Assembly: GCA_050613775.1 (NCBI GenBank)
Contig: JBODTK010000127.1
Span: forward strand, 310,001 to 374,000
Length of the DNA: 64,000 nucleotides
Direction: 5' to 3'
Source: Neocallimastix sp. 'constans'
Lineage: Eukaryota
Positions 1 through 14,390 of this stretch are shown piece by piece. How positions within the stretch are numbered: position 1 is the stretch's first letter; each line of letters starts with the position of its first letter. A program made the translations under genes and the position numbers. The notes under the pieces were generated by a model, which was not told where the DNA came from, searched no databases, and saw only the letters and a program-made list of their open reading frames with translations.

Positions 1-323
1 TAATAGCGGGATATGAAGAAGTGCTATCTATATGATCTTCCTTTATATTTAATATTGGAGAATTATTATCATCATTTATAAATGGATTAATGGCAGGATA
101 TGGAGAAGTGCTAGCTATATGACCTTCTTTTATATTAATATTACTACAATATATAGTATTTGATGAATTGCATACTTCTTGCAAAGTAGTTCCTACTGCT
201 TAAAAATAATGAAATTCAAAATAAATGAATTATGTATGATAAATTAATACAAAAGATATAATTAAATTAAAATATATAATATAAAAAATATGATGATGAT
301 GATGACATTATTATTATTATTAC

Positions 324-418
<95 letters not shown>

Positions 419-3230
419 CAATTACTATTATTATTATTATTAAAATATAAATACTATAGCACATTATTTAATTTTTAAATTTACTTACATGATTTTAAAT
501 TTACTGGTATATTATTATTTAATTTAGTATTAATAATAGTCAACCAATCTTCCTATTAATTATTATTTAAATATTTATAAAAGACAATAAAATATTAAAT
601 TTAAGTATACATAAATTATATATTTAATATATTTAAATCTATATATATATAAGTCAAAAATATGTATATAATATGGTGAAAATTAATATGAATACCAAAA
701 TTTCTGAAGTATCAACACGTATCTGATAAACAATTTGAGATTTATTAGATTTATTTTTTTTTGATTTATTATAATTATTATTATTAGTGATATTGACATT
801 AGTATTGCTTAGATTATTAGTTGAAATTTCATTTACTTCTGCTAATTCTGAGACAGGAGTTTTTGATACTACATCTGAAGTTGAAGTATTAACAATAATA
901 CTAAATCTGTATTGTTCTTCATTATTTTTAATATAAGTCGAATTAACCGCAGTAATTCTTGGAGATCTCAGCTGAATACTAGTTTAATTGATTTTAATTT
1001 AATAATAAAAAATAAATAATAAAATAGAATTTCATTATATATTCAATATATATTAAATTTGTACATATATATAAATTAATATTTCTATTATTATGATAAA
1101 TATAAATTTTTATATAATATGTATATAAAATTAAATATTAAATAATATATATAATATATATACCTAAAACTAGTTTTTACTTTTTCAACATTTTTATATG
1201 TATCTTGACCTGCCCTAAATACTTCTTCTCCTGTGCTCTTTTTATGAATTGTATATTGTCTAATAATAGCCTTTGAAATATTTTTTATATTGAAGCAATG
1301 TAAATAACCGGTATCTATATCATTTTCATAATAAAATTTTTAAAATATTTATTATTAATAGTTTTCCATTATTAAAATAAATTTAAATAAAAACAATATA
1401 ATAATGCATTGTTATACATTAATAATGATTTAATTTAAATTCAAATTTCCTTACCAGTTAAAACAAGCCATGAAGGTTTCCAATTACTTGAAAAATAACT
1501 ACCTTGACGATAGACTACACCTTCTCTCAAAATATGAATATTTAATATTTTATAAACGAAATTATCTATTGTACGAGTCGTTGTCCATAAATTATTGGAA
1601 GCAATACTATATTTTTTAGTGAAATAAGAAAATGGTTTATTTGGTGTCATATTCATTATTTCATTGGAAACGTTTTGCAAATTTATCTATTAATATAAAT
1701 ATAATTATTATATATATTAAGTATTTATATATATATATAATAAAAAGAAATTTATTCAAATTATATTATTAATATTAATTGACGGTAAAAAAAAATCTTT
1801 TTCTTTTATTAATTTTTGGTAAATATTTTATTCACTTAATATAAATTAAATCATAGAAAATCATTTTAATTTATATTTTTCTATATGTTTTTTAACTTTT
1901 ATTTGCTTTATTGAATTTTAATATATTTAATTTTTAATATAGAAGATATAGATAGATATATATCTTCTTCTAATTTTTAATCCAAATAATATTTAATCTT
2001 AATTTTGTCGCATAATTCAAAATAATAACTTTTTGATTAATTTATATTTTCACTTTAAATATAATTTTTGATATTTTCTTTTTTTATTAATTTTTAATGT
2101 CTTTTTTTTTTTGTTTGTGTGTTTTTCATTTACTATCATCATCATTATTATTATTATTAACATTATCATTTATTTTATTCTTTGAATATTATTTTTATTG
2201 TTCAATGTTTATTTTACCTTTATATTATTACATTCTTTATTTTTACTAGAATTATATTCTTCAAATACATTTTGTAATTGGTTAACAATATGTTGATCAA
2301 AATTTCCCATATCTTCAAATAATTTATTCATTCTTCCCTGGTAATTATTTTCATCTTTTAACATTTTTTCCAACTGATTAATTAAAGCTCTTTTTTTTAA
2401 TATAATATTAATACATTAATATTAATTATAATATATATATATTTTTTATTATTTATTAATTACTTTATTCTTTATTATTTAATTTTTAAATATCATTTTT
2501 ATTTAAATATTTTATAAATAATTAAAATAATACATATTATAATTTTATCAATAATATAGCACATATCTATATTTTCAAATTTTTCTCATTTTAATGCTAA
2601 ATTCAATAATATTTATACCTTTCAGATATCCACGGATCCGTTATTTCTAATGAAGAGGATTTAGATTTTTCCATAGTTAAACTTTGATGATAATTAATAG
2701 ATACTAATGTTTCTGAACGAGTTTTAGAAACTTTTGTAAATTCTTCAAGGAAATCTTGCTTATATTTCTGAGAAACAAAATTTCATTAATTTGATTAATC
2801 AAACGATAATGAATTACAATGATATTAGTAAATATTATATAAATATTATATAAATTAAAATGATGTTAATATTCAAGTAAATTAATTATAGTTATTTATA
2901 AATATTTTTTTAAAATTACAACTTAAATATATTATATATTTTATGTTCTTGCTTTTTGTTTTTTTTTTTTACCTTTGATTTTTTAATTAAACCATTTTTT
3001 AATTCATTTAATTTTTGAATAATAATATCTCCAATTATTTTACTTGAATCTGAATAGCAAACACTTATTTTACTAGCAGATGTAGAAATTGTTGAAAAAT
3101 TTTTAAATGAACCACCTATTTTTATATAATTAATATTAATTTATATAAATAGATAGCATATAAAAATATGTTTCATACACACAATAAAATATAATAAATG
3201 TTATGTCAATTAAAAATTATACTTTAAAAA

Positions 3231-3264
<34 letters not shown>

Positions 3265-3634
3265 CAGTTGCTATAATTAGTTTTTATACAGTATTCGCTC
3301 TCAGATGGCTCTAATACTGATGATAATTTTGAATACTGCTTAGAATAGCAACTATCTAAATACTTTATTTTTTCAAAAAATTCTATAATTCCCTATAATA
3401 GTAATAATAATATATAACATATTATAAAAATAAAAATTTTTAAATACAAAATCCTTTTGTAAAAAAAAGAAAAATAATTAAATATTCCTTTTTTTTGAAA
3501 ACTACAATAATAATATTTTTCCACAATTTAAATCGTTCAAACGTTATCAATGTATTACTATATTGTTCTTCAGCATATGGCCAATACTGAAGATGCTCTG
3601 GATATGGAAATTCTCTTTTTAAGGTTTTTGACAT
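1..3634 (-). CDS. Multi-exon PH-domain protein, probably Slm1-like BAR-PH; 3' part runs off the window
   Basis: ATG at 3634 (MSKTLKREFPYPEHLQYW...), followed by helical coiled-coil-like exons and an exon with a PH beta1-beta2 pattern (ILREGVVYRQGSYFSSNWKPSWLVLT, 1453-1540). Exons are separated by GT..AG AT-rich introns. Exon boundaries are approximate. Confidence 0.65.
308..441. repeat. (TTA)n microsatellite in an intron
   Basis: Near-perfect TTA run; explains the poly-Leu/poly-Ile ORFs in the track. Confidence 0.95.
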
Positions 3635-3806
3635 ATTTTTAAAATGATTGCTTTGATTTCAGTAGTAGAAAAAAAAATTATGGTATTTTATTAATTTTTT
3701 TATTTAATATATTTTGTATTATTAAATATTTTTCAAGAGTTAACAATAATAAATTTATAATATATATATATAATTTATGTACAAATAATTTTATTTATCT
3801 TTAATT

Positions 3807-3860
<54 letters not shown>

Positions 3861-4197
3861 ATATTTATTTACTATATTAAAATAACAGGAATAACATTTA
3901 TGGATACAATTTACTAATACTAATAAAAAGTTTTATTATCACATGTCTAAATAGATTTAATATAAAACTGAGTTTTTTTTTTTTATTTAAAGTGTATTAA
4001 AATTTTACAATATTTTAATTAAAAATTTTTTTATTTCTTATTTTTTTAAAAAAAATTATAAATAAACTATACATTTAATATGAAAAAAATGCATTTAATA
4101 TGAAAAAAATGAAAAAAAAATAATTATATTTTAGTATATATTAATTCTTGCTAAAATATGATAATAATCTTAATCATAATAAAAAATAATGATGAAA

Positions 4198-4239
<42 letters not shown>

Positions 4240-4327
4240 TTTATTATCAATACTGTTCTTTATTATTAAAAAGTCTTTACTTTTTTTATCTTTTTGTATT
4301 ATCAATTAAAAAATTACTATTGAATTA

Positions 4328-4468
4328 CTATACAATATAGAATGAGCGTAATATATCAGCTATGATACCCGTACAATGTATAGCATATATTGATATTATA
4401 GCCATATAAATTGATAATCCTGCTGATACATATACAGGATACGAATGATAGTTAGGGTGGTTGATGCA
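4328..4468 (-). CDS. Candidate terminal exon (46 codons, hydrophobic), possibly an alternative last exon of the acyltransferase
   Basis: GC-richer island. After an AG acceptor the frame reads CINHPNYHSYPVYVSAGLSIYMAIISIYAIHCTGIIADILRSFYIV then TAG. Confidence 0.45.
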   Translation of the reverse strand, partial: CINHPNYHSYPVYVSAGLSIYMAIISIYAIHCTGIIADILRSFYIV

Positions 4469-5103
4469 CTATTTATATAATATAAATAAGACATTCATTT
4501 ACACACTTATATTTAATATACATATATAAATATTATTTTTTAATATTTTGTTTGAATCTTTTTGTTTTGTTTGTTTCGTTTGTTTTTATTTTTATTGACG
4601 TATGTAATTAATTAATTAATTTTATATTTTATTTATTTTCATTATTACTACTACTATTACACTATGATATATTATTTTTTGATTATATTGCTATAAATAT
4701 TCTATATATTAGTAGTAGTATTCATATTTTATTTTAGTTTTTATTTTTATTTTTTTTTATTCATCAAAAACAGAAAAAGAGTAAATTTTTATTAAATTAA
4801 TGTTATTTATGGAATACTTCTGTGATAATTAAGATTTATATATATTTTTTGTTTTATTGTCATTCTTTTTATATTTAAATTACATCATTCATTTATTACT
4901 ACATTACTACATTTTTGTTACAAAAGAATCATTATTCCTTATTGATTTAATAATAAAATTCATTAATTGAAAAAATTTTTTAAAGACTTTGAATTTAATT
5001 TACTTTTTATTTATTATATATTATATATATAATAAATTTGATGATAATAATTAAAATTACTAGGAATTATATATGGATTTATTATTATCTTCTAGCAAAA
5101 TTA

Positions 5104-5934
5104 CTATGATTTTATTGTTTTATTTGATTTTTTTTTATATTCTTCAAGTCTTTGATTATATATTTTATAAATTTCTTTTTCAGCAGTCTCAAAATCACAT
5201 TTACCTCTTACATAATCCAAATAAAACATTTTCTGTGGTCTTGAACAAAGTCTATCTAAAGGAATATCTAATTCTTTTGCAAGTATCTATTTTATAATTA
5301 TTATCATAAGTGATTTTTTTATAAATAAAAAAAAACACAAATAAAAAAATTATATCAAAAATAGATATAATATTAATATATATTAATATAATATATGCAA
5401 TATTTATATATATTCATATATTATATAATTTATCATTATTATTATTATTATTAAAAATTTTATACTTGATAATTTTTTTCAGTCCAAACTTCAATATCAG
5501 TCTTTTCTTCTTCAGTTTCTAATTCAACAACAGGTAAAAATACAATTTCTAAATCATTTTTAAATTGCATCGCAGTTTTAAGTGCATACTTAAAACCTTT
5601 ATCAACTACATAACTTGGATTATAATATTTATATTTATATTTAATTGCTATTGGTTGAACAGGAACAAATGGTCGAAAAGCCCCATATCTAAAATCAACT
5701 ATTTATAAATAAATTTCATTCACAATAAAATAAAATTAATTAATTAAAATAATAAATATCATAATAAAAATGTTATTATTTAATTTTTATAAACTATAAA
5801 GAATATATATATATATATTTACTTAAATGAGTTCCATTAGTAGTAGTTCCTTCTGGAAAAATAGCGAATGGTGGTAAATCTTTATAATAATTTATTTTTA
5901 TTATTATTATTATTATTATTAATTATCATTATTA

Positions 5935-5976
<42 letters not shown>

Positions 5977-7608
5977 TATGAAATAATTTATTAACAATTA
6001 TTAAAATTAAAATAATTTCTAATTCTACCATATTTTTCACTTTCTTTAGCTCTTGCTGAAATTTCATGGGTTAATCCGGTTTTCTTATTTGGGTTTACAT
6101 AAATACATTGCTAAAATAAAATATATAATTAAAATGAAAATAAAAACATAAAATATATAAAATAAGTAAAAACAGAAATATATATATATATTATAAATTT
6201 AAAAATACTATACAATATTGGTATTTAAATTACTTGTACAATATATTTTAAAAATATTATTTAATAAATTATTAATAAATATATATATATATATTCTATT
6301 TACTAATGCATTAGCTAATCCACTTATTAATGGAGTTGTACGAATCCAATCCTTTAATCATGTAAAAAAGGGAATATTTTTAAAAATATAAATTAAAATT
6401 GATATCATGATATTATTTAATTATTCTATATAGTTTACCATTGCAAGAAAACTAGGAGCAGTATCATAATATGCACAAATAGCTAATACATCAACCAAAG
6501 ATGAATGATTAGCAATAATTAATGGTGCCGAAATAGGTTTACTATTTTTATCTTTCTTTCTTAAATCCTTTACTTTAACATTATAAAAACCTAAACCAAA
6601 AAACATGATAAATTTTGAAGTTGATTTTGATAAAAAGTTAATTATATAACGTCTCCATTTAACTTTTGGAATTCGATGAACAGGTTTACCGTAATGTTCT
6701 GAATTTGGATTATTAATATGTTTCTTTTCCAAACCCTCGAATAAAACTACAGTCATCATGAAAAAATAACAAATAACAATTGAAAAGCCTGCCACAATTA
6801 CTCTAAGCGGCATAAGAGTACATGATAATATACTATACTAAAATATATATATAGTGTTTAATTGTATTTAAAGAAAATATTTGTATTTATAACATTATTA
6901 CATAAATATCTATAAATTAATAAGTTTTTCAGATACCTCAAGATATTTATACCATGGTAATTCATGAAGTTTTGATACAACACAGATAGATTCCATATGT
7001 AATCTCTTAGCGATTGGATAAATTTTTCTTTTTCTTAAATTTCTAGAATTTGCATCTTATATATTTATATTTTCAATAGAAATATATATATAAATATATA
7101 TATTTAAATTAAAGCATTTTAAAAAAAAAAAAAAAATAATAATAATTATAATTATAATAATAATAATAATTCAAATTTAAATTATAATTTTTATAATTAA
7201 TTATTATAAAAATAAAAATAGAAAAAAAAAAAAAAAAAAAAAAAAAAGAAAAAAGAAAAGAAATAATCAACCTCAATAATTGTTACATTATATTATTTAG
7301 TATTTAAAATTTATGTTTTATTTTATATTATTTAATTATATTGATATAATAAATTTATATATTAAAATAATATAAATAATATAATACTATTAATATTATT
7401 TCAAATTTCTCATTAAATTTATATATACTTCATATATAGTATTTAATATATTTAGTCTATTTATAAAGTTTTATATTAAAAAAATACCATATTTTTTAAT
7501 AAAAGTAACAGTGTCCATTTTAAATATTTCTGCTTCTTTTGTTTCATCGTTAATTAAAAAGTCAGTGTATTCGTTACTGTTATTATAATTTTCGGAAGAT
7601 GTATGCAT
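5104..7608 (-). CDS. Lysophospholipid acyltransferase (LPCAT/LPEAT-like, PlsC family), multi-exon
   Basis: Catalytic NHxxxxD motif (IIANHSSLVD), FPEGTTTNG at ~5830-5860, GAFRPFVPVQP block, N-terminal TM segment, stop TAG at 5104-5106. Start at 7608 (MHTSSEN...) is tentative. Confidence 0.85.
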
Positions 7609-9175
7609 TTCAATATTAATTTCTCCTATATTTATTATTCTATAACAAAACAACTTTTTTATTTTAAAATTTAGTAAATACTTTTGTAATGAAATGAAAA
7701 GTTTTAAAATTTCCTCTACTTCTTTTATTTTATTTTTTTATTTATTAAATATAACTATCTTAACTTTCTATTAAATTGTTTAATATAAAATATATAAATT
7801 CAGTTAATAAAATTCATTAATAATGATATTTCTATATTTTTTATATTTCAAAAATTATATTTAATATAAATATATTATATAATAAATACAAATACAAATT
7901 ATTTTTATAGATTTTATAACTTAAGTTTTTTTTTTATTTATAAATAAATTTATTATATATCTTTTGTTTTCTTTTATTAGTTCTATTTTAATGTACAATA
8001 TTGTCGTATATTATCGTTTATAACTAATATATATATATATATTTATATATGAAAAAGAAAAAAAAATAGGAAAAAAACAAAAAAAGATAGAATGAAAAAA
8101 TTCTTTTGAATTAAAAAAAGTTGATTTAAAAAATTTAATGGTAAGGTGTTGATTATATAATTGATATATTAAAAATTTTTTAAAAAAAAAAAATTATTTA
8201 ATTTTTAAGTTTAATTATTAATATATTAAAATAATGAAAATTCAATTATATCAATTAGCATAATTTATTTAATTATATTTTACAAATTTGGTTTATTTGA
8301 TAATATTTATATATTGTAAATAAAGATTTTAATTATATTTATTCAATATTTTTAATTTAAATATATAAAAGACATAAAATTTATATTATTTTAAAAAAAA
8401 AATTATATATATATATATATAAGTATTTTATTAAAACCAAAAATTAAAAAATAAAAAAAATGAAATATTATAAAAGAGTGAAGTATTGATAAAAATAAAA
8501 TAAAATATAATTAATATAAAAAAACATACAAACAAATAAATAAATAAATAAATAATTTTTTTTTCCTTTAAAAATTATAATTTTTATATATACAAATTAA
8601 ATTATGACTTAATACATATAATATATATAAAAATATATATGTATATTTTTCTTATTTTTAATTATTATTATCATAATTTAAAGTTTAATTATTTATATTT
8701 ATTATTAAATAACTTTCGGGTGGTACAAAATTTAATATATAATTTTTAAAATATATATTAATTATTCAGCTTTTTAAAAATTTAAAATTTATATTCCTAT
8801 AGTTAAAGTTTTATGGTAAAAATACTGTACATTATGATATAATTATAATTTTATGTAAAAATTAATGTAAATAAATTTTCTATATAATTAATGAAAAGAT
8901 TTAAAATTAAAAATTCTGAGTTGAAAAATAAATAAATAAAATATTAAATAAATAAATAAAATATTAAACTAATAATAAATATTACTAAGTAGTGTCATAT
9001 TGCCGTTGAGTGTGCTGGCTTATTTAACATAAAATAATATAATAAAAAAAAAAGGAATCTTTTATAAACTTAAATTCACTCAAATTGTTGAATTATTAAA
9101 ATTTCTGTCAGAGCTCAATGTCTATATCTATATAAAGATATAAATATTTATTAATATTTATTTAATAAGAGTTAT

Positions 9176-9620
9176 TGTTAAGAGTCAGTAATTTTAGTTT
9201 AATAAATATGTCAACCTTATTAATATATTTTATGATAAAGAGCTACTAGCACTTAATTACTCTAAATTAAACGCGTTTTTATTAATACATTACTTATTTT
9301 ACAATATGTTTCAACACATTTAAAGCTTATTTTTCATACATTTCACATATTCTAACATTCCTCCTTAAACCTAGTTATTCAATTATGAATAAATTGGTTT
9401 ACTGGTGAATATGAGTATTTAAAATTATCCTATTTTATATTATTAACTTAATAATTATGTCAACTTTATTAATATATTTTATGATCAAGAGCTACTAGCA
9501 CTTAATTATTCTAAATTAAATGATTTTATATTAATACATTGTAGCTTATACATTACTTATTTTATAATACGTTTCAATACATTTGAAGCTTATTTTTCAT
9601 ACATTTCACTTATTCTAACA
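9176..9620 (-). mobile_element. Internally deleted TRIM-like LTR element, related to 45715-46992
   Basis: TGTTA...TAACA termini, LTR copies 9176-9357 and ~9450-9620 (partial), PPT complement at 9358-9368, 5-bp TSD GTTAT (9171-9175 and 9621-9625). Confidence 0.8.
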
Positions 9621-9871
9621 GTTATTATATTAAATATTTTACTATATTAATTTTTCATTTATATTATCATGTACAATCTTGAAATAATTTTCATTTGATA
9701 GTGTTATAAACTTTTAATTTTTATATAAAATTTTTTATTAATTTTTTTTTTTTTTTAACATAAATTATTATTTAAAAATTTTTAATAACAAAAATAGTGA
9801 AAATAATAATATTATTAATAGAAATAACGATAAAAATAGGTATGAAAATCATAAAAAATGAATTTTTTCAA

Positions 9872-9905
<34 letters not shown>

Positions 9906-10288
9906 TTCAAATCTTAATAATTATAAAAATATCTAAATCAAACCTTAATATATATGAAATTGTAAACCAGAAACTTAAGGAAATAAAATTGAAAACAACC
10001 ATAAAAACATGGTTAATATGAAAGATGAAAAATTAAATTTAAAAATAATGAAATATATGAAAATATTAAGACTACAATTCTGAATATGAACCTGAGGACA
10101 ACTTTAGTGATCTAGAAACTTAGATAAAAGAAAACTAAGGAAAACTAAAGAAAAGTATATAAATTTTAATATTAAACGGAATAATAAAACTATCGATAAA
10201 CAAATAATAAAAATAATTAAATTGTTAAACTAAAATTAAAACATTCAAAAAAGGAAAAAAAAATTATCAATCATATGAAAAAAGAAAA

Positions 10289-11907
10289 ATGAAAGACAGA
10301 ACACCTATATTAAATATATTATTTAATAAGAGGACAAAAAATTCAGATAAAAATATAAACCGTAAGAGAAATAGAATTAATAATATTAATACATTTATTC
10401 CAAAGACTAATAAAGAAGCTATGAATTCAGAAAATGCCGACATATGGAAAGAAGCAATAAACAAAGAATTATAATATTTATATGGAAATAATTATGTGGA
10501 AAATAAAAATATTCCAAAAGGTATTAAATCACTCAATGTTAAATGGGTTTCTGCTATTAAAAATAATAATATATATAAAGCAAGATAGGTCGTCAGAAGT
10601 TTTCACCAAATTAAAGGAGTTGATTACACCAACACCTAATCTCCTACAATAGAAATGGATAGTTTTAGTCTAAAATTTGCTATTGCATCAATATATAAAT
10701 GAAATTTAAGGCAAATTGAAATTTAAAGCATTATACTTAAATACTAATCTAGATGAGAAAATTTATGTTCAAATTCCAGACGGTGATAAAATCTTCAATT
10801 AAAGAAAATATGGATTATTATAAATGGGTACTCTTTGGACTCAAACAAACTGGAAAACAATGGGTTTACGAAATCCCCAGTTTTCTTATGAAAATTAGAT
10901 TTATTCAATGTAATTCAGATAATTGTTTAATTAGCAAATATAAAAATAACAAATTATGCTTTACTAACACTTTATATTGATGATATATTAATATCAAGAG
11001 GGAATAGAGAAATTACCATAGTTGTTATAAAGATAAAACATAAATATATAAAGTTTCCGCAGATAAAAGAGTAAATGAAATCATTGGAATTAATATAATT
11101 AAAACAAATAAGGATTACAAAATTAATCAAAAGAATTATATTGAAAAAATGTAAACTTATTATAATGTAAACAATACTAAAATAGCTAGAACACCATGTA
11201 TTAATACCAAACTAGAAGGAAAAAAAAAATAAAACCTATTATAAAAGATTGATTGGATCCCTATTATATGTAACAACAAAAAGCAAGATCAGATAGAGCA
11301 TTTGCAGTAAATCAAGATTCGAGATTTTCTGAGAATTCAACAGAAGCTGATTTGAACGGGGGTATTCAATTATTAAAATACATTAAAGTACAAAGGATTA
11401 TTCATCTCATTATAACGGAAAGAAAATTTTAAGAGCTTATTGTAAACAGATTTCTCTGGTGATGAGATTAAAAGAAAATCCACCTTAGGATATATATTCG
11501 TATTAAAAAATAGTCCAATATCATAGAAATTAATTACTGAGAAAAAAAATATAGCTTTATTAATTACAGAAGCCGAATACTCAAGCGTAATAGAATATAC
11601 AAAACAAGCTACATGAATAAAAAGATTAGTAAATGAATTATTCAACAAAAATATTCAAATTAATATTAGAATAGATAATAAATCATGGAAGGATATAGTT
11701 GTGAATGAAAACAAAAATGGACGATATAAGTGTATGGACAAATATGTTCAAGATGAAATTATAAAAAAATGAATTAAAAATTAAATAAACACTTATTGGT
11801 TCTAACTCAATTATGGAAGATCCATAAACTAAAAAAATTTCTGGACCCATGCTTAAATCCTTTTTCGATTTCATCATGGAAATGTAGAAAATATCAATGT
11901 AGGAGAA
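10289..11907 (+). pseudogene. Degenerate Ty1/Copia RT-RNase H relic
   Basis: Broken frames still give WKEAINKEL, KWV, YKAR, LFGLKQTGKQW, LYIDD and TEAEY. Purine tract AGGAGAA followed by TGTTA (probable 3' LTR start at 11908). Many stops and frameshifts. Confidence 0.9.
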
Positions 11908-12812
11908 TGTTAAATATTCCAGTTATGTGTTTAATTATATTGTACATTATACTACATTATTAAGTGTAAAATATTTTTATTCGATAATATCACAAAGTGT
12001 AACGTTAAATGTTACCAATAATGTCCCTAGTTCATTTCTCCAAATTGCATTTCACCGGGGAGTGTGCATTTCGAAAATTTTTATTACAAAAATTTGTATT
12101 TTGTTGTATGGCTTAAATATTTTTAATTTTAAGCCACTTAATTTTATTAAAATTTTAATGAATAATAATTAATTAATTAATTAATTAAATAAAATTACAA
12201 TTCTCAAAAATTTTCAAACACGTAATCTTACGTGGGACGTATATCTAATTGTATCATATTTGTGGCTTTTTCAACAATATTAAAAAGTCATATATTCACA
12301 ATATGGCGTGAATAATAATTGTGGTGATATTTTATGACGTAAATTTATAAGCCACCAAGAATTTGACGAAATACAACTGGACGAAATTCAACTTTTGGCG
12401 AAATACAACACTTCAATAAATAATAATTAGGTTAGGTATTTCTATTTAACATTGAAAAATAAAATAAAAATAAATAAACATTTTATTTTTTAATGCTTAA
12501 AAAATAAAATAAAAATAAATAAACATTTTATTTATTAATACTTAAAAAATAAAATAAAAATAATAAGAAAACTTTTTTTTTTAAACATTAAAAAATAAAA
12601 TAAAAATAAATAAAAATCTATTTTTAAAGCATTAAAAAATAAAAAAATAAAATAAAATAAAAAATAAAAAATAAAAATAAAAATAAATAAATAAAATAGT
12701 AAATAAAGAAATAATAAATAATTAATAATTAAATAATTATTTAAATAATTATATAATTAATTAAACAAAGGTTTATTATTTTAAATATTAAAAAAAAAAA
12801 AAAGTTTCAAAG

Positions 12813-13497
12813 CATTAATTACTACAATTAATTTTCATTGTGATTTTGAACAAGGCATATCTAATGCCGCAAAAAAAGTTTTTCCCAATATAAATATTAA
12901 ATATTGTGTTTGGCATTACAAAAGATCATTAGAAAAACAAAAAAATATATTATGTTATCATGAAATGAAGAATAATAATGATGTATATATTTATTATAAA
13001 GCTATTTCGAACTTACCGTTTATAAACCCTAACTATATATTTGATATTTATATTATAATAAAAAGAATTTGTCAAAAAAAAAGTATAATAATTTTCTACA
13101 ATTTTTAGAATATTTTAATAAAAATTATATACTTAAGTATAATGTTAATAATTGGAATTATTATGAAAATATAGAGCATTTAATAAACAATGCATCAGAA
13201 TCTTATAATAGCTACTTAAATAATATATTTCCAAATAAACCTTTATTTTATAAATTAATATATATATTAAAAGAAGAAGAAAACTTATCTTATAATGATT
13301 ATCAAAGGAGAACTAAAGGAAATTGGAAAAAAAAGCAAAAAATATTTAGTGCAACTGATGAAATTAAAATTTTAATTGAAAATTACAAAAGTAAGGAAAT
13401 AAATTTATTTTATAATGGATACAACAGAAATGAATTAGTTAAATTATGGAAAGAATGTTTAATTGATTTAAACGATATAAATATTAATTTAAAATAA
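12813..13497 (+). pseudogene. 3' half of MULE transposase (copy A)
   Basis: Near-identical to 16489-17177; the 5' half is deleted at a CATT microhomology. Confidence 0.92.
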
Positions 13498-14235
13498 ATA
13501 ATCTTAATTTAAAAAAATGCTAGATAAATAAAAATTTATTTATTTTAAATTTATATTTATAATCGTTTAAATAATAATTAAATAATCTTAATTTAAAAAA
13601 ATGCTAGAAAAATACAAATTTATTTACCTATTGTATTAATATCAATATCAATATTATATTATTATAAATTTTATTAATATCAATATACTTTTCAAAATTA
13701 ATTATGTTATTAAAAATATTAAATTCAATAAAAGATTTTTATTATTTTATTAAAATTCTAATTGTTATTATTATATTTTAATAATAATTGATTCATATTG
13801 ATCAAACATTATAAATATTACTATGCAAATAATTAATTATTTTAATAGGATCAATTATTCAACTCTTATTGTTTTAATTTTTAATTCTTATATTATTTAA
13901 ATTAATATATATATATAGTTTATGAAAATATGAATTATAAATAATTAAAATTATTTACTTTTCATTTAAATTTTTTTATTTACTATAATAAAATATAATA
14001 ATTAAAAGACAAACGTTATTATAACTAAATTTTTTTTTTTAGAAAAATAAATGAAAAAAAATTAAAATATATAAGATTCCTATATATATAAAATAATTAT
14101 ATTTTTTTTTATTTTATTTTATTTTATTTTATTTTATATTTATTTCACCTATATACTTTATTATTTAATATTTATATATATGTTAAACTTATATATATTT
14201 ATATGGCTTATATATTATCTTAATTTTTAAAAAAA

Positions 14236-14390
14236 CTTTTATATATATATGTATTTTTGCAATCTCTAGAATTAAGGAAATATAGATGAGATATATCTGA
14301 ATATATAGCTGGTCCAACCGATTTTATACCACAAACATAAGTAATTCATGCAGTAGCAATTAATAAAGCAGTTTATAATTTTTTAAACAT
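14236..14390 (-). pseudogene. Truncated copy of the MULE cargo gene (secreted protein)
   Basis: Reads MFKKL*TALLIATA*ITYVCGIKSVGPAIYSDISHLYFLNSRDCKNTYI, matching 47687-47838, then jumps to sequence matching 48193 onward. Confidence 0.9.

Noticed and set aside
267..478. Poly-Ile and poly-Leu ORFs
   Set aside because: Translations of an intronic (TTA)n microsatellite.
4450..4462. ACCCTAAC on the minus strand as a telomerase RNA template
   Set aside because: Only 8 nt, no supporting pseudoknot seen, and the island is better explained as an open exon with a splice acceptor.
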